Of a stretch of 64,000 bases of DNA, positions 34,982 to 44,276 are shown one piece after another (the first letter of the stretch is position 1; each line of letters begins with the position of its first letter). This stretch comes from an uncultured Ignavibacteriaceae bacterium (GTDB taxonomy: Bacteria > Bacteroidota > Ignavibacteria > Ignavibacteriales > Ignavibacteriaceae), in assembly GCA_964556005.1 (NCBI GenBank), contig CAZKUR010000014.1, positions 444-64,443 on the forward strand, read 5' to 3'. The position numbers and the translations under genes are program-made. The notes beneath the pieces are model-generated. The model searched no databases. It was not told the origin of the DNA and saw nothing but the letters and a program-made list of their open reading frames with translations.

Positions 34982-35947
34982 ATGGCTAAAACTGGCAAGT
35001 TCGCCGTAGGGGTCGATCTCGGGGGGACAAATATTAAAATCGGGATCGTTTCCGAAAAAGGTACAATTGTAAAAAAAATTTCCGTTAAAACTCAAGCTGA
35101 AGAAGGAACTAAGACTGTAGTTAAGAATATTAAAAAGGGAATTCAGGAAATTTTAAAATCCAATGATTATAAAATTCGCGGAATTGGAATAGGCGCGCCT
35201 GGAGTTGTTGATATAAAGAAAGGAACTGTTGAAAATCCCCCGAACTTTCCAGGTTGGGGAAGAGTTAATTTAATAAAAGCCGTGGCAAAAGATTTTAAAT
35301 ATAAAGTTCATGTAGAAAATGATGCTAATGCAGCCGCAATCGGTGAAATGATTTTCGGAGCAGGGAAAAAATATGATTCGTTTGTTATGGTAACTTTAGG
35401 AACCGGCGTAGGCGGGGGAATTATTCTAAGGAATAAAATGTACCGGGGCGAATTCGGTGCAGCCGGGGAAATCGGGCACATTACAATTGATTATAAAGGT
35501 CCGGAATGTAAATGCGGATCCTTTGGATGTATCGAAGCTTTTGTCGGAAATCAATACTTGGTAAAAAGAGTAAAAGAACAACTACAGGATCATAAAGATT
35601 CCAAAATTTGGGAATTAATTCAAAACAATCCGGAAAATCTTTCTCCTAGAATAATTCAGAATGCATCAGAAAAAGGTGATGAATTTGCAAAATCGATTAT
35701 AAAAGATATGGGCTTGCACCTTGGAGCAGCTCTGGCATCGGTCAGCAATTTGCTCGATATAAGTACATTTATTATGGGTGGTGGAGTTGCCGGTTTTGGC
35801 AAACCTTTATTTGATGTTATACGTACCAGTGTAACAAACCGTGTGTTGAAACCGTTAAAACATAGAGTTAAAGTGCTGCCTGCAAAATTAAAAAATGATG
35901 CAGGAATAAAAGGCGCTTCTGCCCTGGTTTTTTACAGGTCTTCTTGA
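34982..35947 (+). CDS. ROK family glucokinase
   Basis: 321-aa ORF with the ATP-binding motif GVDLGGTNIKIG, the ROK zinc motif HITIDYKGPECKCGSFGCIEAF, and ENDANAAAIGE. Confidence 0.85.
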   Translation: MAKTGKFAVGVDLGGTNIKIGIVSEKGTIVKKISVKTQAEEGTKTVVKNIKKGIQEILKSNDYKIRGIGIGAPGVVDIKKGTVENPPNFPGWGRVNLIKAVAKDFKYKVHVENDANAAAIGEMIFGAGKKYDSFVMVTLGTGVGGGIILRNKMYRGEFGAAGEIGHITIDYKGPECKCGSFGCIEAFVGNQYLVKRVKEQLQDHKDSKIWELIQNNPENLSPRIIQNASEKGDEFAKSIIKDMGLHLGAALASVSNLLDISTFIMGGGVAGFGKPLFDVIRTSVTNRVLKPLKHRVKVLPAKLKNDAGIKGASALVFYRSS

Positions 35948-35985
35948 GAATTTGTCTGATGAATTTGTAAAATTTTGAATCGTTA

Positions 35986-38547
35986 ATGAAATTATTTCTC
36001 GTATCTATAATTCTGTTTTTGGTTGCAGGGATTGCCTTTCCTCAAGTTTCGGATTCAACTCAACAATTTAATAAGGATTCTTTACTTGCAGGTTCCGGTT
36101 TAAAATCATTTAAAGACGATACGACAAAACAAGAGAAAAAATATGATGTTGATACCGTAATTTATGCAAGCTCAAGTGATTCTCTAATCTTTAACATTAA
36201 AAACCGGAAGATGGATATCTACGGAAATTCCGAACTTAAATACAAAACCACGGATCTAAAAAGTGAAAAGATGTTCATCGATTTTAAGACAAATCAAATT
36301 GACGCGGAAGGAGAAAAATCAGATACACTTGAAGGAAAATTAAAAGGCGCACCCGTTTTAACCGAAGGTGGTGAATCCTTTTCAGGTACTTCGATGAGAT
36401 ATAATTTTAAAACGAATCAGGGTTTCATTTCATATGCGAACACCGAATCAGAAGGAGCATACTATAGCGGCGAAAAAATAAAAAAAGTTTCCAAGCATTC
36501 ATACTTTGTTGAGGATGGAACATTCACCACATGCGATGCAAAACCTCCCCACTATTATTTCTTTGCAAATAAAATGAAAGTAATCGAAAAACAGGAAATT
36601 GATGCAAAGTGGATCTTCATGTTTTTCGGAGGTGTGCCTTTTCCAATTCCACTTCCGTTCGGAGTTTTCCCGCTTCAATCGGGAAGAAGATCGGGAATTA
36701 TAGCACCGGCTTTCGGAGATGACGGAACATATGGAAAATATTTTAATCATTTCGGGTATTTCTTTGCATTCAACGATTACCTGGATTTGAATTTAACTGC
36801 CGATTATTATACGAGAGGAAGCTACAGGCTAAACAGCAGGTTTCGTTATGTTAAACGTTATGACTATAATGGTAACTTTCAGGCTGGTTACGCTTTTTTT
36901 AAATCAGGTCTTATTACAGACCCCGACAGGCAAGAAAGCAAAAATTGGCAGCTAATGTGGCAGCATCATCAAAATTTTACTCCAACTCTAACATTCGATG
37001 CTAATCTCGATTTTACAACCAAAAATTTTATTCAAAGAAATTCAGCTGATATAAACCAGCAGTTGACAAACACAATTGTTTCAAATGCAACATTATTCAA
37101 AAGCTGGGAAGAATCAGGCAACAGTCTTTCTTTAAGCTACAGCAGAACACAGTACCTTGAATCGGGAAACATAAATGAATCTCTTCCTAATTTAACTTTT
37201 TCAAAAAACCGCGCTTATCCTTTTAGAACTTCCAATAATCCTGCTGACTATAAATGGTACGATTTGATCGGATATTCATACACGGGGCAATTTCAAAACA
37301 ACAGGGTAAAGACAAACGGGCAGTTAAAAATTCGCGGAGGTATTCAGCATAACTTTGTAATAAGTGCTTCACCTAAAATCGGTTATTTCAATATTGTTCC
37401 TTCCGTCAATTACAATGAACGATGGTATAATAAGAAAGTCAAAATTTCCGATATTGTTTCTCCTTATACAGGAAATGATTCTGTTATTGTTAATGATGTG
37501 AAACAAATTAATTTTGTGCGTACATTCAATGTAGGATTAAGTGCTTCAACAAAATTTTATGGAATCTTTCAGCCGAATATTTTTGGAATCGCTGCAATTC
37601 GTCATACTGTTAATCCTTCAATTTCATATAACTTTACTCCCGATTTTTCAAAACCGTTTTGGGGCTATTATGATTCTTACAGAACTCCCGAAGGCAATAT
37701 AGTTCAGTATAATAAGTTTCAAAGAGAAATTTTCGGTGGACCATCTTCCGGTGAATCACAAAGCATCTCATTATCCATTAATAATATTTTTGAAATGAAA
37801 ACTGCTGCCGATCCGACAGATACAACATCCAAAGTAAATAAGATCCAGCTTTTAAGATTAAATGCAGGAATGGGATATAATTTTGCAGCAGACAGCTTAA
37901 AATTATCGGATTTGAGTTTATCTTACAGCACACAGGTTGGTAACGTTTTCAGCTTACAGGGTTCTTCTTCATTTACTCCTTATGATTATTCTTCCACTGT
38001 TTCAAAGATTAACAAATTTTTGATAAATGAAGGAAAGGGATTGCTGCGTATGACAAACTTTTCTTTTTCTGTTTCAACTACATTATCGGGGGAAAAATTA
38101 AAATCCAGTAAAAATGAAAATACCTATCAAGCGGACACACTTCAAGACAATAGAGGAACAGGTTATGTTAACGATATTTATACAGGTATTTATGGTAACA
38201 AAGAAGCTGATTTCTCAATACCCTGGAATATTTCGCTAAGCTATATTTATTCTATAAGCAAACCGATTCCTTCACAAACTTTTAAATCTTCCAATCTTAG
38301 CGGCAGCCTTGATTTTAATTTAACACCTAACTGGAAATTATCCTTTACCGGCAGCTATGACCTTGAGCAGAAAGAGTTTGCTGCACCTCAAATTAAAATA
38401 TCGAGGGATCTTCATGCATGGATTTTAAATTTTACATGGAATCCGATTGGCACGTTCAGAGGCTATTTTCTCGAAATTAGAATAAAGGCTCCGCAGCTTT
38501 CGGATTTCAAAATTACAAAACGTGATCAATTTTATAACGGAAGGTAA
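35986..38547 (+). CDS. lptD: LPS-assembly outer-membrane protein LptD-like (OstA family)
   Basis: 853-aa ORF with a signal peptide. An N-terminal OstA-like beta-jellyroll segment (IDAEGEK...GAPVLTEGGESFSGTSMRYNFKTNQGF) is followed by a large beta-barrel-like region. The context includes other lpt genes. Confidence 0.6.
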   Translation: MKLFLVSIILFLVAGIAFPQVSDSTQQFNKDSLLAGSGLKSFKDDTTKQEKKYDVDTVIYASSSDSLIFNIKNRKMDIYGNSELKYKTTDLKSEKMFIDFKTNQIDAEGEKSDTLEGKLKGAPVLTEGGESFSGTSMRYNFKTNQGFISYANTESEGAYYSGEKIKKVSKHSYFVEDGTFTTCDAKPPHYYFFANKMKVIEKQEIDAKWIFMFFGGVPFPIPLPFGVFPLQSGRRSGIIAPAFGDDGTYGKYFNHFGYFFAFNDYLDLNLTADYYTRGSYRLNSRFRYVKRYDYNGNFQAGYAFFKSGLITDPDRQESKNWQLMWQHHQNFTPTLTFDANLDFTTKNFIQRNSADINQQLTNTIVSNATLFKSWEESGNSLSLSYSRTQYLESGNINESLPNLTFSKNRAYPFRTSNNPADYKWYDLIGYSYTGQFQNNRVKTNGQLKIRGGIQHNFVISASPKIGYFNIVPSVNYNERWYNKKVKISDIVSPYTGNDSVIVNDVKQINFVRTFNVGLSASTKFYGIFQPNIFGIAAIRHTVNPSISYNFTPDFSKPFWGYYDSYRTPEGNIVQYNKFQREIFGGPSSGESQSISLSINNIFEMKTAADPTDTTSKVNKIQLLRLNAGMGYNFAADSLKLSDLSLSYSTQVGNVFSLQGSSSFTPYDYSSTVSKINKFLINEGKGLLRMTNFSFSVSTTLSGEKLKSSKNENTYQADTLQDNRGTGYVNDIYTGIYGNKEADFSIPWNISLSYIYSISKPIPSQTFKSSNLSGSLDFNLTPNWKLSFTGSYDLEQKEFAAPQIKISRDLHAWILNFTWNPIGTFRGYFLEIRIKAPQLSDFKITKRDQFYNGR

Positions 38548-38550
38548 ATC

Positions 38551-39021
38551 ATGTCTAAACTATATATCATAGACGGAAACAACCTTATCGGAAAAGTACG
38601 TTTTTTATTTTCTCTTCAAAAAAAAGATAAACAAGGTGCAAGAGAAAAACTTGCTTTCATGGTCGAAAATTATTTCCAGCTTAAAAAAGTTAAAGTGTCA
38701 CTCCATTTTGATGGATTTGAAAATCTAAAAATTAAAACAAATAATATCAAAATAGTTTATTCAGACGACAGGGAAGCGGATCAAAAAATTAAAGATCAGA
38801 TCAGTCAAACAAAAAATAAAAAACAGATTATTGTTGTAACCTCAGATTCAAACCTTGCAGAATTTGCAAAAGTATGCAGCTGTGAAGTTATCTCAAGCGA
38901 AGGCTTCGGTAAAATATTAAGCGAAAAAAAATCCAAAGATGCCGAAGAAGAAATAATTAGAAGGCTAAATAATCCTGAGAATATCAATGAATTTAAGGAA
39001 CTTTTCATGGGCAAAAAGTAA
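38551..39021 (+). CDS. NYN-domain (YacP/Rae1-like) predicted RNA-binding/ribonuclease protein
   Basis: 156-aa ORF. The N-terminus LYIIDGNNLIG and the later VVTSD block are typical of YacP-like NYN domains. Confidence 0.65.
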   Translation: MSKLYIIDGNNLIGKVRFLFSLQKKDKQGAREKLAFMVENYFQLKKVKVSLHFDGFENLKIKTNNIKIVYSDDREADQKIKDQISQTKNKKQIIVVTSDSNLAEFAKVCSCEVISSEGFGKILSEKKSKDAEEEIIRRLNNPENINEFKELFMGKK

Positions 39022-39384
39022 TAATCCACCGGTTTCGTCAAGAAATTTTGAATATGAAAGAAATATTTTTTTTCTTTAATAAATTTTTAATATATTAAAT
39101 AAGAGAAATACTGTTCTGAATAATTGATTCATGTTTAATCCAAAACGAATTATTTCATGGTACTGCAAGTTTTGAATTATCGCAATTACATTCCTCTTAC
39201 TGATGATCTTTGTCATTTACTTGTTTGATTTGCCACTTTTTTTAAGTTGAATATAAAAATCTTGAAACTTAATATTTAAAATATTCCCAATCATTTTTCA
39301 AGAAAGAGATCTTTTTAAAGCGAACTCATTATTCATTCAATTAAAACATAATTAATTACGTTTTCAATAACTTATCAACAAGGA

Positions 39385-41685
39385 GTGAAAAATATGTTGA
39401 GGAAAAATTCTACCAGGAGCTTTTGTTATATATTTGCCTTCCTTTTTAGCATCTGCTTTTTTGCGGCAACAACTAAAGCGCAAATCAGCAGTTCAAACAT
39501 AGATCATTTGCCGAAAGATCTTACTAACTCGTGGGTACCGCAGGATGAAATGTTCAGCCCTGTTACTGTAAACGGCTGGGATAACTTCTACCTGGGCGTT
39601 GATTTTGCAGAGCCGCACATGTCTGAAAACCCAAATGATCCGCTGCAATATTTTAACGCTTTCAATATTAATGGTGCGCATAGAACGTATAATGGATTTG
39701 ATTGGCAGTACTCAGCGCCCGGCTTCGGTACATCAGTTGCCGGCGATCCTGTTACTGCGTATGACAGTGTTGGCAATTTATATTATATGTCGTTGTACGG
39801 TTCAATAAGCGGGGCACTTGTACTCAGATCAACAAATAACGGGCAAACCTGGGGCTCCGCGGTTGTAGCAATTGCTGGCGGTGATAAATGCTGGATGGCT
39901 GCCGATCAATCGGATGGGCCATATTCGAACTATCTATATGCTTCGATAACGAACGGTTCGTTTACAGGCCAAAGCTTTGCCAGAAGTACAAATTTCGGTG
40001 CAAGTTTTACAACTACATTTACTGCTTCAAATTCACCTCTTCCGGGAGCTATGGTAGCTGTTGGTCCATACAAACAAGGTTCTACAGATATTCCCGGCGG
40101 ATGCGTTTACTTTGTAACTAATTCAGGAAGCAGTTATGCCTCAGCTTATGGTTTCTATCGCTCAACAGATGGCGGCTCTACTTTTCAGCTCATGTCAACT
40201 CAATATTTTTCTAATTATGTAGGAACCTATGTCCAAAACCGGAACTCTGTTCAAAATATGAGGACAAGGCCTTATCCTTTCATTACAGCGGACAACAGCT
40301 ACGGGCCATATCGCGGAAGATTATATCTCGTGTATGCATCAAACAACCCCTCAGGAAACGGAAACAAACCGGATATCTTTTCCCGCTATTCAGATGATCA
40401 AGGCGCTACATGGTCAAGTGCTGTTGTTGTTAATGATGATGCAAATTCACAAAACAATAATCAATGGCATCCTTCTATCTGGTGCGATAAAGAAACCGGG
40501 AGGTATTTTGTAAAATGGATGGATACAAGAGATACACCTACAAGTGATAGTGCATATATTTATGCTACGTTCTCCGATGACGGTGGTCAATCATTTGCAC
40601 CGAACCAGAGAATTTCAAATCAAAAGATGAAGATAAATTGCAGTACATGCGGAGGTGGTGGCACACCGCGATATCAAGGTGATTATGATGCTGTAACTTC
40701 TAACAGTAACGTTTCAATGATTGTCTGGACAGATTTTAGATCCGGCAACTTTGGAAGTTACGTCAGTTATTTCCCCGATTTTGCTTTATTAACTACTCCT
40801 GCATCAAATACGGTATTTAATGATGCCGATAGTGTTTATTATACAATCGATATCCCTGCTACAACTTTGTATACAAACGATGCTATATTTACTGCGACTG
40901 TTTCTCCAACTCCGAGCCAAGGAACTATTGATGTTTCATTCGAACCTTCTAATATTATATCTACATTCCCGGGACAGACTCAATTGAAAATTAAAACTTC
41001 CGGTTTTGTAACTCTCGGCAATTATCAAATTGATATCGAAGGGAAAGGACCTAACGGAACACCTTATCACAAAAGACAGGTTGAGCTTGTTGTTGAACTG
41101 GCAACTCCTGTCGAACTAAATGCTTTTAATGCACATGTCGGTTCAAATGGTGTTTTGTTAGAATGGAACACTGCTTCCGAAACTAATAACAAAGGATTTG
41201 AAATCGAAAGAAAAATAAGTTCCGATCAATTATCGTCAGGAAGCCAGTGGAATAAGATAGGATTCGTTTCAGGATTCGGCACAACAACAGAACAAAAGAA
41301 TTATTCCTATGAAGATAAAAATTTATCACAGTCAGGGATTTATTCTTACAGGTTGAAACAAATCGATGTGGATGGTGCATTTAAATATTCAAACATAGCA
41401 GAAGTAAGCATTAATAAACCCTTAAATTTTGATTTAAGCCAAAACTACCCGAATCCATTTAACCCGAGTACAAAAATAAAATATTCAATTCCGGATAATG
41501 AATATGTAACGATAAAAATTTACGATGTGCTTGGGAACGAAGTTAAAACCCTTGTCAGCGAGAGAAAACAAGCAGGCGATTATGAAATTAATTTTAATGC
41601 AAGCAATCTCTCAAGCGGAGTTTATTATTATAAGATTCAAGCCGGCAATTTTGTAAAAACCAACAAGATGGTACTTTTGAAATAA
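39385..41685 (+). CDS. BNR/Asp-box repeat (sialidase-like beta-propeller) secreted protein with T9SS CTD
   Basis: 766-aa ORF. It starts at the GTG at 39385 or, more likely, at the ATG at 39394, 8 nt after AGGAG. Asp-box repeats are STNNGQTW, STDGGSTF, SDDQGATW and SDDGGQSF. An FN3-like module (LLEWNTASETNNKGFEIERK...YRLKQIDVDG) precedes the C-terminus LSQNYPNPFNPSTKIKYSIP...GVYYYKIQAGNFVKTNKMVLLK. Confidence 0.7.
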   Translation: MKNMLRKNSTRSFCYIFAFLFSICFFAATTKAQISSSNIDHLPKDLTNSWVPQDEMFSPVTVNGWDNFYLGVDFAEPHMSENPNDPLQYFNAFNINGAHRTYNGFDWQYSAPGFGTSVAGDPVTAYDSVGNLYYMSLYGSISGALVLRSTNNGQTWGSAVVAIAGGDKCWMAADQSDGPYSNYLYASITNGSFTGQSFARSTNFGASFTTTFTASNSPLPGAMVAVGPYKQGSTDIPGGCVYFVTNSGSSYASAYGFYRSTDGGSTFQLMSTQYFSNYVGTYVQNRNSVQNMRTRPYPFITADNSYGPYRGRLYLVYASNNPSGNGNKPDIFSRYSDDQGATWSSAVVVNDDANSQNNNQWHPSIWCDKETGRYFVKWMDTRDTPTSDSAYIYATFSDDGGQSFAPNQRISNQKMKINCSTCGGGGTPRYQGDYDAVTSNSNVSMIVWTDFRSGNFGSYVSYFPDFALLTTPASNTVFNDADSVYYTIDIPATTLYTNDAIFTATVSPTPSQGTIDVSFEPSNIISTFPGQTQLKIKTSGFVTLGNYQIDIEGKGPNGTPYHKRQVELVVELATPVELNAFNAHVGSNGVLLEWNTASETNNKGFEIERKISSDQLSSGSQWNKIGFVSGFGTTTEQKNYSYEDKNLSQSGIYSYRLKQIDVDGAFKYSNIAEVSINKPLNFDLSQNYPNPFNPSTKIKYSIPDNEYVTIKIYDVLGNEVKTLVSERKQAGDYEINFNASNLSSGVYYYKIQAGNFVKTNKMVLLK

Positions 41686-41725
41686 CGATAGTAAGTGACT
41701 TCAAAATTATTATTTCTTTCTATAG

Positions 41726-41766
41726 AATGTGCGGTTTCAATCTTTTATTAAGCCGCACATTTTTTA
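41726..41766 (+). terminator. Rho-independent terminator
   Basis: AATGTGCGG (41726-34) ... CCGCACATT (41753-61), a 9-bp GC-containing stem running into TTTTTATTTT. It lies 40 nt after the stop at 41685. Confidence 0.6.
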
Positions 41767-41863
41767 TTTTAAATTCCGGCAAAAATGAGAGTTTTTAATT
41801 TCTCACAAAAAAAATCTATTTTCGTATGATAATTGAATAATTATTTGCAGAAAACTTAATCCG

Positions 41864-42628
41864 TTGGATATAAATAACACTTACAACATCGAAGAATTCC
41901 CGAGGAAAGCAACAAAGAGTGAAAAATATTTTTTGTTTGCTGTCTTACCGGAAAACAAACCCGGCTATAAATATTATAGAAATAGAATTAAAAGCTTGTT
42001 TATAACCGGTTATGGCAGATTCGGTATGAACAATTATATCTTCGGAAAAGAAAATTCGAAGACGGATATTTCAATGCCGACTATGCCGGTATTGGCTTCC
42101 GGGACAATCAAAATTGAAGAAGATGAAATTGACGTAACTATACATGAAGAATTTGAATTTCAAATCGAAACGGATATTTCGCCGAAACATTCGGAAAATC
42201 TGCCGGAGCACTTTACGGAATTGTCGAGATGGAGCTATTCTGAATGGAACCCCGGCGATAATGCTCCCAATGATCGATCTTTTGTAAAAGAGATAGAAAT
42301 TGTACGGAGAAAATTTATTTTAGCAATTGCACCTGCTCATAAGAAAATATGGCTTCATGAAACAGCTACAGGAATTAATTATTTAATACCTGTGAGTAAT
42401 TTTTATACGGAACTTATGTCAGTTAAAGGAATCAGAGATTCTAAAATTGCATTGCGGCCAATTAATCTTTTTAACGAGGTTGAAAAATATTCCGACCAAG
42501 ATTTCATAAATGCTTTTATAAAATATAATTTATATTTAAGAAGAATAAATTTTGATTTCTCCGGATTATTAATTCATGACAAACCGGAGCATAATCACAA
42601 ATGGTTTAATATTTTCAGGAAGGAATAA
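41864..42628 (+). CDS. Hypothetical protein (no family recognised)
   Basis: 254-aa ORF with a TTG start, no signal peptide and no TM segment. It ends 1 nt before the likely kdsD start. No motif recognised. Confidence 0.45.
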   Translation: MDINNTYNIEEFPRKATKSEKYFLFAVLPENKPGYKYYRNRIKSLFITGYGRFGMNNYIFGKENSKTDISMPTMPVLASGTIKIEEDEIDVTIHEEFEFQIETDISPKHSENLPEHFTELSRWSYSEWNPGDNAPNDRSFVKEIEIVRRKFILAIAPAHKKIWLHETATGINYLIPVSNFYTELMSVKGIRDSKIALRPINLFNEVEKYSDQDFINAFIKYNLYLRRINFDFSGLLIHDKPEHNHKWFNIFRKE

Positions 42629-42629
42629 T

Positions 42630-43607
42630 TTGACTAACGGAGAGATAATTAAAAAAGGATTGGAAGTTATACGAATAGAAACCGAGGCTGTTGCTGGATT
42701 AGTAAATAGTATAAATGATAATTTCGTTGAAGCCGTCGAAGTAATTTATAATTCAAAAGGCAGAGTCGTTCTAACGGGAATGGGCAAGTCCGGAATTATT
42801 GCAAGAAAGATTGTTGCTACATTAAATTCAACAGGTACTGCGGCGATTTATTTACATCCTACCGATGCACTTCACGGCGATTTAGGAATGGTTAGGCAGG
42901 AAGACGTTGTAATTCTTATTTCAAAAAGCGGCAGCACACAGGAAATATTAAATCTTATTCCGTTATTTAAAAGATTAGGCGTTAAACTTATCGCGATGTC
43001 TGGAAGTAGAGAAAGTAAACTTGCAGCAGGTTGCGATATATTTTTAAGCATCGGGGATGCGGAAGAAGCTTGCCCCCATGACCTTGCTCCCACTTCGTCA
43101 ACTACCGCAACTTTGGTTTTAGGCGATGCACTGTCAGTTGCTCTTCTATTAAAACGAGGATTCACTGTCGAAGATTTTGCACTTTTACATCCCGGAGGTA
43201 GCCTTGGCAAACGGCTTTCTCTCAGAATAGAAGAGATAATGTATACCGGAGATAAAGTGCCCAAAGTCCTTGAAAATACTTCACTTAAAGATGTTATTTT
43301 CGAAATTACTTCGAAAAGATTAGGAACTACCTGTGTTATTAATGATGACGGTTATTTGATCGGAATTATTACTGACGGGGATTTAAGAAGATTGCTTGAA
43401 CGAACGATGGATATTAAAGATTTAAAGGCTAAAGATATTATGACTGCCAAACCGAAAGTTACGAGAGGTGAATTGTTAGCATCTTTTGCATTGCAGCAAA
43501 TGGAAAATCACAAGATTACTTCTTTAGTCATTGTCGATGATGCTAATAAACCCGTCGGGATAGTTCATTTGCATGATCTTATAAATTTAGGAATACAGCA
43601 AAGATGA
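42630..43607 (+). CDS. kdsD: Arabinose-5-phosphate isomerase (KpsF/GutQ/KdsD family; SIS + tandem CBS)
   Basis: The ORF track gives 42576..43607. The in-frame TTG at 42630 removes the overlap with the upstream ORF and gives about 325 aa, typical for KdsD. The SIS motif is VLTGMGKSGIIARKI and the C-terminal CBS pair is ...VINDDGYLIGIITDGDLRR...VIVDDANKPVGIVHLHDL. Confidence 0.85.
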   Translation: MTNGEIIKKGLEVIRIETEAVAGLVNSINDNFVEAVEVIYNSKGRVVLTGMGKSGIIARKIVATLNSTGTAAIYLHPTDALHGDLGMVRQEDVVILISKSGSTQEILNLIPLFKRLGVKLIAMSGSRESKLAAGCDIFLSIGDAEEACPHDLAPTSSTTATLVLGDALSVALLLKRGFTVEDFALLHPGGSLGKRLSLRIEEIMYTGDKVPKVLENTSLKDVIFEITSKRLGTTCVINDDGYLIGIITDGDLRRLLERTMDIKDLKAKDIMTAKPKVTRGELLASFALQQMENHKITSLVIVDDANKPVGIVHLHDLINLGIQQR

Positions 43608-44167
43608 AAAGATTATTTCTCTTTGCAATTATATTATCCCTTGCTGCCGGATGCTCGCAGGAAAGAGTTAAACCAACGGTTAACATTAATTTAACTGAGG
43701 GAGAATTGCCTTCACAGGAAAGCTGGAACACCGAAGTGATTTTTTCCGACTCAGGCATAACTGACGCTATTTTACACGCAGGTCATCTAAAAGTTTTTGA
43801 AAAAGCACAGGAAACTTTACTCGACAGTAATATCCAGGTAGATTTTTATAACCGCTTAGGAAAAATCACTACTACCTTAACTGCAAAAAAAGGCAAAGTT
43901 GACAGCAGGACGAATAATTTATATGCTATAGATAGTGTTGTAGCGGTGAGTGACAGCGGAGTAACATTAAAAACCGAAGAACTTATATGGAGAAATAAAG
44001 ATCAAAAAATTGTATCTGATAAATTTGTAACAATCATTTCGTCTAAAGAGAAAATTCAAGGCTACGGCTTTGAATCTGATCAGGCTTTGAGGAACTACGT
44101 CATTTACAATATTACATATGTGACAAGACTTGATACGATAGGGACGAAACCCAAAAGTAAAAAGTGA
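43604..44167 (+). CDS. lptC: LptC-like LPS export periplasmic lipoprotein
   Basis: 187-aa ORF overlapping the kdsD stop by 4 nt, with lipobox LAAGCS. Size and position between kdsD and the OstA-like/lptB genes fit the conserved kdsD-lptC-lptA-lptB order. Confidence 0.55.
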   Translation: MKRLFLFAIILSLAAGCSQERVKPTVNINLTEGELPSQESWNTEVIFSDSGITDAILHAGHLKVFEKAQETLLDSNIQVDFYNRLGKITTTLTAKKGKVDSRTNNLYAIDSVVAVSDSGVTLKTEELIWRNKDQKIVSDKFVTIISSKEKIQGYGFESDQALRNYVIYNITYVTRLDTIGTKPKSKK

Positions 44168-44276
44168 AAATTAAATAACTGATGACATTTAATAAATTTC
44201 TTTTAACAGGAAATTATTTTTTATTTTTAATATTGGAAAATCGGGGAAAATCATTACAAAATAATTGTGAGTATTC

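Noticed and set aside
38551-39021. NYN/PIN-like domain gene as part of a toxin-antitoxin or defence system
   Set aside because: It is a single gene with no partner antitoxin, nuclease, ATPase or methylase nearby. Its sequence fits the housekeeping YacP/Rae1-like group, and it sits 3 nt after the LptD-like gene.
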